Shown here: positions 22,490 through 35,772 of the stretch, in pieces
How positions within the stretch are numbered: the stretch's first letter is position 1
Layout: each line of letters opens with the position of its first letter
NCBI RefSeq assembly: GCF_001194135.2
Contig: NC_068994.1
Coordinates: forward strand, 3,187,135-3,251,134
Source of the DNA: Octopus bimaculoides
Lineage: Eukaryota
DNA length: 64,000 nucleotides
Reading direction: 5' to 3'
Notes under the pieces: generated by a model
What the model was told of the DNA's origin: nothing
Seen by the model: the letters and a program-made list of their open reading frames with translations, nothing else
Databases searched by the model: none
Program-made: the position numbers and the translations under genes

Positions 22490-23170
22490 AATATTGACAG
22501 GAAGTCTTGTGGCATCTTTTGAACTTATTAATAATACATTACATTGGAATTGAGAGGTTCAGTGTCTCAAGAGCAGGTGATAGCTACAAAATACATATTG
22601 AACACAAAAAGGGACAGTAAGAGCCTTTAACCCCTGCCCCAGAAGCAACTGGAAATGTCAATTACATCCCATTTCAGTGGAAGATAATACACATGTGACC
22701 ATCAGCTACCCCACAAAATGTCATTAAGGTAATACCTTCCAATACATCATCACCATCATCATGTTGTTAATACCATAATGTTGGAAAACTGTTCCCCACC
22801 TCCGATGGACAAATACAAAAGCTATATCTGGCATGGAGTACATACATTCATTTCAAGATAAATTTTGGAGGAACATTCCCCTCAAAACATAACAGGCTTC
22901 TCATATTGTTTGGATCAGAAAAGAAAAATTATGTGTTATTATACAAGTCATTTTCCCTACAGATATGAACATTTTTTCTCAATCAGGGAGAAAGAGAGAA
23001 TTTATGGAGAACTGCATCAAAAACTACAGCTTCTCTAGCTAGATCATCAATTTAAATTTCCACCTGCAATTATTGGTGCACTTGGTTACCTTACTAAATG
23101 TCTATGTGGTAAAATTGAAAAGCTGAGCTTTGCAGACAAAGACTGTGACCAGTTTCCAAAGGGTGAACCA
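22490..23170 (+). pseudogene. RLE-type (R4/Dong/NeSL-like) non-LTR retrotransposon remnant: zinc knuckle plus restriction-like endonuclease
   Basis: Frameshifted translation gives EQVIATKYIL, KCQLHPISVEDNTH, KMSLR*YLP, KFWRNIPLKT, KHNR, IVWIRKEKLCVIIQVIFPTDMN and EKERIYGELHQKLQLL..FKFPPAIIGALGYLTKCL. Confidence 0.7.
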
Positions 23171-23316
23171 CCAGTGCAGTCATTCCCATATTGTAGCTGA
23201 TTGATCAGTTCAGATGTGAGATTGATGGTGGCTTGCAACCTTCTGTGGTTAATTGTCACTTCTGCTCACTTTCCATTCCTTTCTGCATAACTGTATGCTT
23301 ACACAGATGGTGAAAG

Positions 23317-23535
23317 ATATTCTTTTCTACTCTAGGCACAAGGCCTGAAATTTAGGAGGAGGGGACCAGTTGGTTAGATCAACCCCAGTATGCAACTGGT
23401 ACTTAATTTATCGACCCCGAAAGGATGAAAGGCAAAGTTGACTTCAGTGGAATTTGAACTCAGAACGTAATGGCAGACGAAATACTGCCAAGCATTTCGC
23501 CCAGCCTCCTAACGGTTCTGCCAGCTCACCACCTT
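23317..23535 (-). mobile_element. SINE family A with near-perfect TSD
   Basis: Flanked by gatg(g/a)tgaaagatatt. Confidence 0.85.
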
Positions 23536-24389
23536 GATGATGAAAGATATTAAACAAGAGAAGCCTTGCTTAATTTCTTTTTCACTTTAGGGAATTTGGG
23601 TGAGCAACCAATCCCTCTAAGAATATTCCACAAATATTCTGTTGACAATGTCTCAAAACACTAAGATACATCCCCAAAAGACAGACCCCCAAATACAATA
23701 AACAGCTTCTAGTTAATATCATGGACTGGTCTGTCCCACATTTGGCTCCCATCACTGCATGAAGGAGGAGAGCATATTTCAGGTCAGCTCACCTGACCAT
23801 GATGTCATCAATAAGATGTCAGTACTTGGATTTTGTTACATCCATTATAGCTTTGAAAATATAACTGTTAAAATCGAACTGCACTCTTCAAAACTTGCAC
23901 TAAGAATAAAAACAAGGTAAAATTGCTACCTGCTTTTATAGCAAGTTGATGCAGGTAGTTTATCCCATCCCCCTCCGACTTTTAGTTCATACAATCGAAA
24001 GATCACATTATTTACGGGATGACCCAATACTTGATATTCTTCTGAAGTTGCAAAATCACCTGAATTTTGATAAAATCCATACTTTAGCCCCTTTTCTTCA
24101 CTTGGATACAAAAAGAACATCACTTATTTTGTTCTTAAAATAAAATTTTCAAACCAGTTTTATTCATTTTGGTGATTTTCGACAGGTAAAATCTTGACAC
24201 TGTTCATATACCATTTATTTGGACATTTGTCCCAAATTCAAAATGTCATAAAATTTCTTAAAAATCAAGCTTTTGATCAATTCTTTTTCATGTTAACTCA
24301 GACATTTATTGTAGTTTTCAGAAATTACAACAAAACATGCATTTGGGCACCTTCAGTTTTTTAAAATGTCCAGCCCTGGGTCCACTGTG

Positions 24390-24570
24390 AGTGGTATGTA
24401 CAATGTAAGTGGTATGGTGGTATGTACAATTTACAGTGGTATGTCAGTGGTATGTACAATGTACAGTGATATGCTGATGGTATGTATAACATACAGCAGT
24501 ATGGCTGAGGTAGATGGTAGTGTACACCATGCAGTGGTATGGTGATGGTATGTACAACATACAATGACAC
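24390..24570 (+). repeat. Minisatellite of (a)gtggtatgtacaatgta-like units
   Basis: About 6-7 imperfect ~25-30-nt units. Confidence 0.7.
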
Positions 24571-26489
24571 TGAACTGATTAGAAAATGGAAGAGCAAGGA
24601 AATTGATTATTGATTTGTATAAATTATTGTTTGAATGGTAAAACAGTGTGGAATATTCTCACAGCTTATCATCAATGACGACATTGTGGCTACAGTTGGG
24701 CTGTGTCTGTGTGTGTGGTGCTTAGTGTGCGTGTGTGTGTGTGTGAGTGTGTGTATGTGAGTGTGTGTGTATGCAAGTGTGTGTGTGTTGTATATGTGTG
24801 TACGTGTGTTGTATACAAGTGTGTGTGTGTGTGTAGTATGTGTAGTGCTTAGCGTGTGTGTTGTATACATGTGTGTATATATGTGTGTGTGTTCTATACA
24901 AATGTGCATGTGTGTGGTGATGTGTGTACTGCTTAGTGAATGTGTGGTAGTGTGTGTGTTAGAATTCTACTCCTCCCTCCTTCCCCTCCCACTACCCTGT
25001 TTGACATAACTACAACCATCAACCACCATACTCCAAGCCAGTAGTCACACGATCTGCAAGAAACAGCAGCTAAACTTCCCTCAAATCACACCTTGCTTTC
25101 TTACAAGTGCAGAAGCACAGTGATCATGGATATACACTGCTATCTGAGATGTAAGACAGGATGGTCATGGCTTGAACTGCTTTGATCATAGTTTTACTGG
25201 GGGGGGAGCACTGACCTAGGGTTAAACAACACCCACATCAGCCATTACCCAGCACAATCACCACTACCTTCTACTACAACTAACACTCATCCACCACCAC
25301 CACCACCACCTCTAATACTACAACTACTATCTCCACAACTATCTCCAAACCCACTACAACCAAACCACAATCACAACCACCACCACCAACTACAACAACC
25401 TCTACCACCACCACCACCACCACCACCACCACCATATCCAATGAGGGGAGATATTAAAATGTAGTTGATATAGCTGAGAGCGTTTTGAAAAATTCTGAAT
25501 GTTTGTATTGATTTTTGTGATTGTAATTAGAATAGGGAGGGGGGGAGATGAGGAAAAGTGTGCGTGTGTGTGTAGAGAGGTCGATGTGTATGTGTATGAA
25601 GGGGCTGATATATATGTTACTATGTGTGAGGTGTGTGTGTGTGTGTTTGTGCATATATATTACTGTGTGTGTGTGTATAGAAAGGTTGCTGTATGTGTGC
25701 ATATGTATGTGTTCATGTTACTGTGTGTGTATGAAGGGGTTGAGGAGTCTGTTACTGTATGCGTGTGCATGTTTCTTGGTGTGTGTGTGTGTGTGTAAAG
25801 AGGTTGCTATGTATATATTTGTTCCTGTGTGAAACGGAAATATGATGTACGAGAGGGGGGAGAGAGAGAGAGAAGGAGAGAGAGAGAGGCAAAGAGAGAG
25901 AGAGGCAGAGAGAGAGAAGGAAAGAGACTGAGGTGCTTGTGCATGTGTCTGCTACACTGTGTGTGTGTATGTGTGTATTTTACCTTAAATGTGTATGTGC
26001 TATGATACACACACATACTCACATACCAATTAGAATGTGAAATGGGGAGGGAGAAAACTGTGTGTGTGTGTGTGTGTGTTTATGTGTGTGCATGCTATAT
26101 ATATTATAACATGCGCATAGCAATTAAATAGCATGTGTAGGAGAAGGATCCATGTTTGTGTAAGTGTGTATGTCTGTATGTGTGTGTGTGTATGTGTTAC
26201 TGTGAGTGTGTATTAGTGTGTATGTGTGTGTATAAGTGTTTGTGGAGGATCAGGATAGACATGTGTTACTCTGAGTGTGTGAGAGTGTATGTACACACAA
26301 AATGTATTATAAACACCCACTTGGCAATTAATCTGTCATAAGAAGTACAAGAGGGAAGGAACCAGTGTGTAACTGTACATACCTGATACTACAAATACAC
26401 ACACACACATTTAGTTTTTACAAAAAGGAGAGCGAACTCAATACATAAATCAGAGTGCATGTGCATATATATATATATATATATATATA

Positions 26490-27330
26490 NNNNNNNNNNN
26501 NNNNNNNNNNNNNNNNNNNNNNNNNNNNNNNNNNNNNNNNNNNNNNNNNNNNNNNNNNNNNNNNNNNNNNNNNNNNNNNNNNNNNNNNNNNNNNNNNNNN
26601 NNNNNNNNNNNNNNNNNNNNNNNNNNNNNNNNNNNNNNNNNNNNNNNNNNNNNNNNNNNNNNNNNNNNNNNNNNNNNNNNNNNNNNNNNNNNNNNNNNNN
26701 NNNNNNNNNNNNNNNNNNNNNNNNNNNNNNNNNNNNNNNNNNNNNNNNNNNNNNNNNNNNNNNNNNNNNNNNNNNNNNNNNNNNNNNNNNNNNNNNNNNN
26801 NNNNNNNNNNNNNNNNNNNNNNNNNNNNNNNNNNNNNNNNNNNNNNNNNNNNNNNNNNNNNNNNNNNNNNNNNNNNNNNNNNNNNNNNNNNNNNNNNNNN
26901 NNNNNNNNNNNNNNNNNNNNNNNNNNNNNNNNNNNNNNNNNNNNNNNNNNNNNNNNNNNNNNNNNNNNNNNNNNNNNNNNNNNNNNNNNNNNNNNNNNNN
27001 NNNNNNNNNNNNNNNNNNNNNNNNNNNNNNNNNNNNNNNNNNNNNNNNNNNNNNNNNNNNNNNNNNNNNNNNNNNNNNNNNNNNNNNNNNNNNNNNNNNN
27101 NNNNNNNNNNNNNNNNNNNNNNNNNNNNNNNNNNNNNNNNNNNNNNNNNNNNNNNNNNNNNNNNNNNNNNNNNNNNNNNNNNNNNNNNNNNNNNNNNNNN
27201 NNNNNNNNNNNNNNNNNNNNNNNNNNNNNNNNNNNNNNNNNNNNNNNNNNNNNNNNNNNNNNNNNNNNNNNNNNNNNNNNNNNNNNNNNNNNNNNNNNNN
27301 NNNNNNNNNNNNNNNNNNNNNNNNNNNNNN
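26490..27330. other. Assembly gap (others: 4940-4949, 7658-7869, 14299-14308, 30402-30719, 32316-32325, 37095-37594, 39616-39625)
   Basis: N runs, most of them bordered by (AT)n microsatellite. Confidence 1.
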
Positions 27331-27381
<51 letters not shown>

Positions 27382-28026
27382 AATTATTATTATTATTATT
27401 ATTATGAGCTGAGAATAACATTTTCAGTTAATCAATAAATGTATATACACAAATACAAACTACATAACATATACAAATAGATAGATAGATAGATAGATAG
27501 AGGGGGGAGAGAGAAGAGGAAAGAGAGGAAATCACTTGTACTTAATCATGTGCATATATGTTTATACAATATGTATGTATGTACGTATGTCTATGTTTGT
27601 ATGTATGTATACAGATATGTATGTATGTATATGACATAAAGGTATTGCTATGTACAGAATGCCTATGAAATTTCTTCCACTGAATTATTTAGAGTAGAAG
27701 TTATTAGAATGATTTAACCATTAATACATAAACATACAAAACTACACTGACAGAAGCATATATACTCATACACACACACACGGATAATATGTACATACAT
27801 CAACATATACACACACATGGCTGACGGAGGAACAATGAACATGTATGAACATATATACACTCAGGGATAATATGTACATGTCAACATATACACACACATA
27901 AATGCTTATACATATAAATGTGAACAATATGGATGAGATAAGTAAAACTGTAGGTGAGCATGTATATATTCCTGATATATCTATATAAGTGTACTGTTAC
28001 ACTTTTATTTATTATCAGTATCTCAC

Positions 28027-28061
<35 letters not shown>

Positions 28062-28081
28062 ATGTATGTATGTATGTATGT

Positions 28082-28215
28082 ACATAGTTCAAATTCACAG
28101 AAAACAAGACGAAGACAAGTGTAGGAACAGCAAGCAGGTGTATTAGTTTAATGCTGGGGAGAAATGGAAAAGTGTTTTATGTTTCGAGCCTATGCTCTTC
28201 AACAGAAAGGATTAA
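28082..28215 (-). mobile_element. Second Penelope-like short repeat with a minimal hammerhead-like motif
   Basis: Minus strand reads CTGTTGA-A-GAGC-ATAG-GCTC-GAAAC-ATA-AAA at 28174-28210. It sits next to a (TATG)n/(TCTG)n microsatellite. Confidence 0.4.
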
Positions 28216-28269
28216 GAGGAAAAAAATGGAGAGAGAATGAAAAAAATAGAAAGAGAAAAAGTGTGCAGA

Positions 28270-28505
28270 TTTCAATGGTCCAACATGGTAAGATATTGGT
28301 GTTAATGTTTGTTTTTATGTTTAGTTATAATAAAAAACAATTTCATATTAATCTAATGGGTCACTCTATACTTTTGTAGAGTACAAATTTATTATTCTTA
28401 AACAAGAATATTACTGACATTGACTTTGAAGTTTCAGCCAGTTAAGCCATTATCAGACTGCCAATGGTTTAACTGGCCAAAACTTCAAAGTCACTGTCAA
28501 CAATA
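28270..28505. mobile_element. Penelope-like element derivative: head-to-head inverted hammerhead-like motifs, locus 3
   Basis: Minus copy TTGGCAGT-CTGATAA-TGGCTTAACTGGCT-GAAAC-TTCAAA-GTC-AATGTCAG at 28414-28464, a plus partial copy at 28463-28500, and the shared flank inverted. Confidence 0.6.
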
Positions 28506-28512
28506 TACTTGT

Positions 28513-28700
28513 TTAACCCTTTCATTACTGAATTTCTTTTGAGATGCTCTGTGCTTCTTTCAATTACTTTAAATACAACAAAGAATTTAGTAAAATAACT
28601 TAGTTATCATTCAGCTAGTGTTAGGAACATAAATTGTAACTAAGGTTTGGTGGAAGATTTTAATTCAAAACTTATGAAAACAAGACATCTGTTTCATAAG
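28513..28700 (+). mobile_element. piggyBac-like MITE (family F)
   Basis: Starts TTAAccctttc. It is a close reverse-complement match to 49790-49980. Confidence 0.55.
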
Positions 28701-28893
28701 GGACAAGAGCTGAAATTGCAAAGATAATTTGGAACTCGACTGAGGAAAGAAAACTTCAAATGACCCATCCATTTTTTCTTCTCCCTCTTTCATATCATCT
28801 GTTTGGATGTTCTGTTGTCCCTTTTTTGTATCATCTAGCTGTCTGGATGTTTTACGTTCTTGTCCCATTTTTTGTATTCCTTTTTATATATAC

Positions 28894-28929
<36 letters not shown>

Positions 28930-29234
28930 CATATACATACACACCATGCACGCATATATACATACATAAATGCACATATGAATGTGTGTGTTTGAACACA
29001 AATATAGGATTTCAGTAAGATCTTTTAATCATGTTTTTATACATTTTCTGTCACCAACAAAGACAAAGCATGTCCAGTATTTTAATGTAATATGTAATTA
29101 CTAATCATTACAGCCACCATAAACCAATGAAAAAAATCATTATGTAGTCACTCAGCCTGCTAGAAATAACAGCCAAATCTTTCTCATCTAACACCCAATG
29201 GTCTTAAAAACAGAAGAAAGAGGATAATGTAGTG

Positions 29235-29294
<60 letters not shown>

Positions 29295-30048
29295 AAAAGA
29301 TGGGATGGTCATACCAGGTACATCTTTGGTCATAAGTTCACTAAATAAGAACTGACCTGGGAGAAAACAAACATCATCTTCTACTATAATCCCCACCACT
29401 AATAACTACAGTTCACACCACTAACTACAACTGCCTCTACTACAACTACAGCCACCAATACCAATTGTTACAATCACCAATAACGAAACCAATATAATCA
29501 CCATTTGTAATCATTATATTCACCAATACTGGTTAATACAGGTATCAATATCTCCTATACACACCAATATTAATTATTATATCAAGTAATTATTTTTATA
29601 GCCATAATAATAATATTAAATATTACAGCTTCCAATGTCTCTGAAAGAAATGATGTCGCTAAGCAACTGTTATTGCAAATGGATTTCTATTTTGTTTCTT
29701 TGCAACTGGGTTTTAATGTCTCCCTCTAACCTGTAATAATTGAACCAAACAATAATTTAAATGCTGGGTTAATATTTCTATCTAACCTGTAATAACTCTA
29801 GGTTAATGCTTCTGCTCTAACCTGTAATGACCTCAACAAACAATTTAACCCTTGGGTTAAAGATCTCAAAGCTGTAATAACTCACCAATGATTTAAATAT
29901 AGAATACTTGGGTTGATTAAATCAACTGACACCAGTGTCTCAGTGTGTCACAGACCTCTTCTAGCAAGAGGCTACAACAAAGAATTCTCAAATTTTCTAG
30001 TGGTGATTGTGGGCTAAGGATGACTAAAGGTGACTAATGGCCACAATA

Positions 30049-30263
30049 TTCTTTTCTACTCTAAGCACAAGGCCTGAAATTTGGGGGGGTAGGGCAATCA
30101 ATAAGATCGACCCCAGTACGCAACTCATACTTAATTTATCGACCCCAAAAGAATGAAAGGCAAAGTCAACCTCAGTGGAATTTGAACTCAGAATGTAAAG
30201 ACAGACGAAACACTGCTAAGCATTTCGCCCGGCGTGCTAACCACTCTGCCAGCCTGCCACCTT
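30049..30263 (-). mobile_element. SINE family A with 15-bp TSD
   Basis: Direct repeat ctaatggccacaata at 30034-30048 and 30264-30278. Confidence 0.9.
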
Positions 30264-30719
30264 CTAATGGCCACAATACTGCAGTAAGAACCTCGTACAC
30301 CCTTCAACATTAGAATGAAAAGATGAAACTATCAGAAATGCAAGTCTGGCAGGGATTCACAGTTCCAAGGAAGTTCTGCCAACCAAAACAGAAAACTGAA
30401 TNNNNNNNNNNNNNNNNNNNNNNNNNNNNNNNNNNNNNNNNNNNNNNNNNNNNNNNNNNNNNNNNNNNNNNNNNNNNNNNNNNNNNNNNNNNNNNNNNNN
30501 NNNNNNNNNNNNNNNNNNNNNNNNNNNNNNNNNNNNNNNNNNNNNNNNNNNNNNNNNNNNNNNNNNNNNNNNNNNNNNNNNNNNNNNNNNNNNNNNNNNN
30601 NNNNNNNNNNNNNNNNNNNNNNNNNNNNNNNNNNNNNNNNNNNNNNNNNNNNNNNNNNNNNNNNNNNNNNNNNNNNNNNNNNNNNNNNNNNNNNNNNNNN
30701 NNNNNNNNNNNNNNNNNNN

Positions 30720-30830
30720 GGGGTCGATAAATTAAGTACCAGTTACGTACTGGGGTCAATGTAATTGACTTAATCCCTTTGTCTGTCTTTGTTTGTCCCT
30801 CTATGTTTAGCCCCTTGTGGGCAATAAAAA
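30720..30830 (+). mobile_element. SINE family A, 3' half (5' end probably in the gap)
   Basis: gggtcgataaattaagtaccagtt..gtctgtc..ttagccccttgtgggcaataaa. Confidence 0.7.
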
Positions 30831-30847
30831 AAAATTTTTTTTTAAAT

Positions 30848-31236
30848 TAAAAAAAATAAGAAGCTTGCTTCCCAACCACATGGTTCCAGGTTCAGTCCCA
30901 CTGCATAGCACCTTGGGCAGGGTGTCTTCTACTATAGCCTCAGGCCGACCAAAGCCTCGTGAGTGGATTTGGTAGATGGAAACTGAAAGAAACCTGTCGT
31001 ATACATATATGTATATGTATGTATGTATGTATTTGTGTCTCTGTTTGTCCCCCCCCCGCCACCATCGCTTGACAACCGATGTTAGTGTCATTTAACAGTT
31101 CATCAAAAAGTGACTGATAGAATAACTACTAGGCTTACAAAGAATAAGTCCTGGAATCAATTTGTTTGACTAAAAGTGGTGCTCCAGCATGGCCGCAGTG
31201 AAAATGGACTAAAACAAGTAAAAGAATAAAAGAATA
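30848..31236 (+). mobile_element. SINE family B
   Basis: Match to the reverse complement of 6656-7062 and 37975-38404. Confidence 0.85.
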
Positions 31237-31261
31237 TAGGCACTGGCACGGCTTATAGATG

Positions 31262-31680
31262 CAGTCATGGCTGTGTGGTTAAGAAGTTTACTTTCCAAGC
31301 ACAGAGTTTTGGGGGTTCAATCCCACTGCATAGCACTCTGAGCGAGTGTCCCCTACTACAGTCCTGAACCAACCAATCTTTGGGAGTAGACTTAACAGAG
31401 AGAAACAGAAAAAAGCTTGTCGTGTGTGTTTGTGTTTATGTCTTGTCTTGATGTCACATGGCAGTTGTAAATGAGTGTCACTGTCGTACAAGCAGTGTTA
31501 TCCAGTAGAAATATGTCTGATCATGGGGAAAATATTATCTTGTTTGGAAATAAGTGAGGGTTGGTGACAGGAAGGGCATCCAGAAAATCTGCCTCAATTG
31601 ACCCCATCCGACCCATGCAAGCATGGAAAAGCGGATGTTAATCAATGATGCCACCGCCGATGATGATGATGATGATGATA
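31262..31680 (+). mobile_element. SINE with family-B head and RTE-like (GAT)n tail
   Basis: Head catggctgtgtggttaagaag and tail ggaagggcatccag..cccatgcaagcatggaaaagcggatgtt..gatgatgat. Confidence 0.7.
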
Positions 31681-32394
31681 AACATGTATTAAGTCTCCCT
31701 GCAAAAATATAATCAATAGCTAAAGGTGAGGAATTGGCCAATAATTGTTCCATTTTTCTTGAAACCCATCAAGGTTGCTTCTCTCATCTCCCAATTACCA
31801 AAGTTACAAAGGACATACACACACACACATACATACAAACACATGCACACACACACACACACACACACACTTATGCGTGATTCCTTGACTGTTGCTGTTG
31901 TAATGATGTCAATGAATCCAGAGGAGCTGGAATGAAAATGAGATGACAGATGAGAGATGGGAGATAAAGATGAAAAGAGAGGATACACAGTGAGATAAAG
32001 AGACGAGAGATGTGGTGCTACACCCTGTAGCAGTTCTCCATCTGTCTAGGACATCCGACAATGAAGACATAATCACTGGCAACATGGCTTCTCCACTACA
32101 ACTCCCACCCACCACCCTTTCCTTCCTTCCTCATTGATGCTAGGGAATCGATAGACAAACTGCTGCCACCGCTGCCACCGCTGCTGCTGCTGCTGCTGCT
32201 GCCTCTCTACACTTTAACATATTTCAAATTTAAATACACACACACACGCACACAGCATACACTCACTGCACACACTACATATTACACACACTATATATAC
32301 ATAAACAAATACACANNNNNNNNNNATAAACAAATACACACACACACACACACACACACACATAAATCTAGCATTTGCATCAACATGCATGCAT

Positions 32395-32440
<46 letters not shown>

Positions 32441-32924
32441 ACACAATCGAAAAATATTGCCAAACACACACACACACACACACTGAAAACAATCAAACAT
32501 GTAAACACTCACACAAACACAACACACAGCCAAGAATAACTTTTGCAACATACACATACAAGTACTCACACACACACACACACACACAACAACAAAAAAA
32601 AGAGAGACAACTCCTTTCTGTGGCACATGGAAAGCGGAGGGGAGGGGGCATAAAAGTTGCTTGATCAGAGTTCAAGATGTAATTACTGGTATTTGTTTAA
32701 TTAATCAACCAGGTGAGATGAATGAGTGAAGTGAACTCTGGATGGATTCAAACTCACAATAATTGAGAACTCAGACCAAAGGACTGAGAAAAATCTAGTC
32801 TGGTGCCATGGTGACAGCAAATAATTGGATGGAGTTGGAATATATTTCAGTAAATTTATGTCTATGTTGGTTATGTATATGGGAGAGCTATGACTGTTGA
32901 ACACCACCATGGGACACCGTCATC

Positions 32925-33340
32925 AAACACTATCTCTGGCATGGGTGGACTGTTTGACTGGGGACTGGCAAGCTAGGAAGCCACACCAGGCTCCAATCTG
33001 ATCTGGCAAGGTTTCTACAGCTGGATGCCCTTCCTAACCCCAACCACTCCAAGAGTGTAGTGGGTACTTTTTACATGCCAGCAGCATGGGGAGCCAGTCA
33101 GGCAACACTGGTATCGGCCATGTTTGGATGGTGCTATTTACGTGCTACTGGCATAGGGGCCAGTTGGGACAGGTGGGGCTGGCATCGACTACATTCGGAT
33201 GGTGCTTTTTACGTGCCACCAGCATGGGGAGCCAGTCAGGCAGCACTGGCAATGACCCACGCATGCATGGTGCTTATTGTGTGCCACCAGCACGGGAGCC
33301 AGTCAGGTGGCACTGGCATCAGCCACAACTACAAATTTCC
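32925..33340 (-). mobile_element. RTE-tail repeat family C with internal ~70-bp tandem units
   Basis: ctacagctggatgcccttcctaac..ccact, followed by 3-4 units of gtgcttt(t)acgtgccaccagca..gagccagtcagg. Confidence 0.75.
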
Positions 33341-35164
33341 ATTTGATTTTGATTTGATTTGATTTTGATTTTGATTTTAATTTTACTTCACTCAATAGGT
33401 CGTCTCCTCAAGCATGGAATGTTGCCCAACAATTCAAAGGTACTTTTTAAATGGACTGGTTATGCGACACTGGTGTAGGCTATGGCTGTGATCTCACTTT
33501 ACTTGCCGGGTCTTCTCAATCAATGTCTACTAATCCCTTTATTGTATTCTCTCTCTCTTTTTTTTATCTTTTACTGCCATTGGGCTTGATAGATTAAAAG
33601 AGAATATTTATTATGCCAAGATACAAAGACATTACAAGTCACAGATGCCAACATCCTCAAGCTACTAATTTCATTTTACATCCAAATAAGGCGACAACCA
33701 CTAAAACTGAACGTTGAGAAATAAAGATAATCATTAGTTTAAGAAATAACGAGCAATTAATCTGGGGAAATTTCAAGATCTTTGCAAGCTTTTCTTCTCA
33801 TGTAAGATGAGTGAAGTTGTGACATAGAAAACAGAAAATGGCTTCCACAAAGACTATTGTTAGAAAAGTCAGTGAAAGAACTGCTGCTCCTCCATCTGTT
33901 GCCCATGACAAGTTTATTGGAAGTGACCAGTGACCAGTGGTGTAGGAAGTAGCAATTAATGCCAGTTAATCACCAACCAGTAGACACATCACAACATCTG
34001 TTGTACAGAGGAAAACCACTGCCACAGTCAGTCTGACATTAATGGTCAAACAGTGACAAAAGAAGAAAGAAATAAAAAGAAGAAAAGACGGGGGGGGGAC
34101 ACATACTACCAGTGGTTGATAACTGCAGAACCATTGTTTGTACTGACTGGTTCTAGTAGTAGTAGTAGTAGTAGTAGTAGTAGCAGTAGTAGTAGTACTA
34201 GTAGTTGTTGTTGACGTTGTCTGTTGTTGCTATGGTTGTCATTGATCTTGTGGTCATTTAGCCTAGTATCAACAATCCTGACTGAATTAGACCAATGATC
34301 AAAGACATTCCAGCTGTGGCCATCCCTACCTTTCCAGGAATATAGAGAAGTACATAACCTAATCTTCCTTCTTTCCACCAACATAATGGATGCAGTTTCA
34401 AGGAGATTTGGCTGCTATTTCTGAATAACCAAACACCCATGCAAAGATTCCTTTGTTTCACATTTCTCTTGTTATTTAACCCCAGGTCAGCCTGGATTCA
34501 GCAGAACTCTGATCGAAGGTATTCCAGCCATGATCAATTATAGGAATAAGTGGTCATATACCATGTCTTTATGTCCCCTAACTGGACCCTATTTTGTAAT
34601 TACTGATTATAGGGGCAAAGTGGTCTTTTGATGTATGCTTTCATGGTTCCTACATGCTCCCCTAGTATTGACATAAGGAGGAAGGTAGTCATATCTTCAT
34701 AGCCCCTAAATGGCTCCCATTTGATCCCTAATCAGTATTCACTAGTTATAAAGAGAAGGTGCTCATCTGATGTATGTCTCATTGACCCCTGCTCAGTTAT
34801 AGAAGGAAGGTCATATGATATAATATGTGTTTGTGGCCCTTAAATAAAACACTAAGGACAGTTTTATCAGTGGCATTTATTGTTCAGCAGTGCTGAAAAT
34901 TGGTTCTTTGGATTAGCATTGGACCATTTCTAGTAAACAAAATCCTGTAAATTCCTCTCCAAGCCTTCCTTGATTGCAATTACAATTTGTACAAGGTTTT
35001 GGTTTTGTTTCTACCAAAATATAAAAACATAACAAGTGAGAGATGTCAAATGTTTGAGTTAAAGAGGTGATTGGTTATTAAAAGCCGTTGGTGATCAATA
35101 GAGAACAGAGGCTTTACTATAACAATATTGATGTCACATCATTGGACTATATTATCTAATGTAT

Positions 35165-35772
35165 TCTTCCTTGTTTCAGTCATTGGATGGCAGCCATGAT
35201 GCAGCACCACCTTGAAGGGTTTTGAGCTGAACAAATCAACCCCTGTACTTATGTTTTATTAAGTCTGGTATGTACTTTTTTGTCTCTTTTGCCAAACTGC
35301 TAACTTAAAGGAACATAAACAAACCAACACCTGCTGTTAAGTAGTGGTGAAGATGGAGTGAGTGTTGCAAACACAGACACAAAGATACATACAGATAGAC
35401 ATATGTGTATGTATTGGCTGACATGGAAGGTTGGAAGCCATCAAAATATTGGGGAAGAGTTACTGGTCTCATGATGATTGGCACCAGGTATCGAAATGCT
35501 GACATCATGACTGCTGCCCAATACTTTTATTTTTGGATGAGATATAGTGTTTTCTTTTCCTTTTATACAAACTGTCAAATTTAACCTGAACACCCCGTAT
35601 ATATACACACAGAATGGCTTCCACACAGTTTTCACCTACTAAATTCACTTGCAAGGCATTGGTCAGTCCTGAGACTATAGCAGAAGAAACTTGCCCAAGG
35701 TGCCAAGCATTGGGACTGAACCCAAAACCACATGGCTACAAAGTGAACTTCTTGACCACACAGCCATTCTGG
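35165..35772 (-). mobile_element. SINE family B interrupted by a transposon derivative
   Basis: The tail is at 35165-35410 and the head at 35600-35772, split at the internal microsatellite. Confidence 0.7.
35425..35599 (+). mobile_element. Internally deleted maT/Tc1-mariner derivative nested in a SINE
   Basis: The 5' part matches 39985-40070 (ggaagccatc..aatattggg.aagagttac) and the 3' part matches 40676-40758 (gatgagatat.gtgttttcttttcc...gta). Confidence 0.6.

Noticed and set aside
33060-33330. CRISPR-like repeat-spacer appearance
   Set aside because: These are degenerate ~70-bp tandem units inside repeat family C, also seen at 38920-39100 and 47580-47700. There are no unique spacers or cas genes, and the context is eukaryotic.
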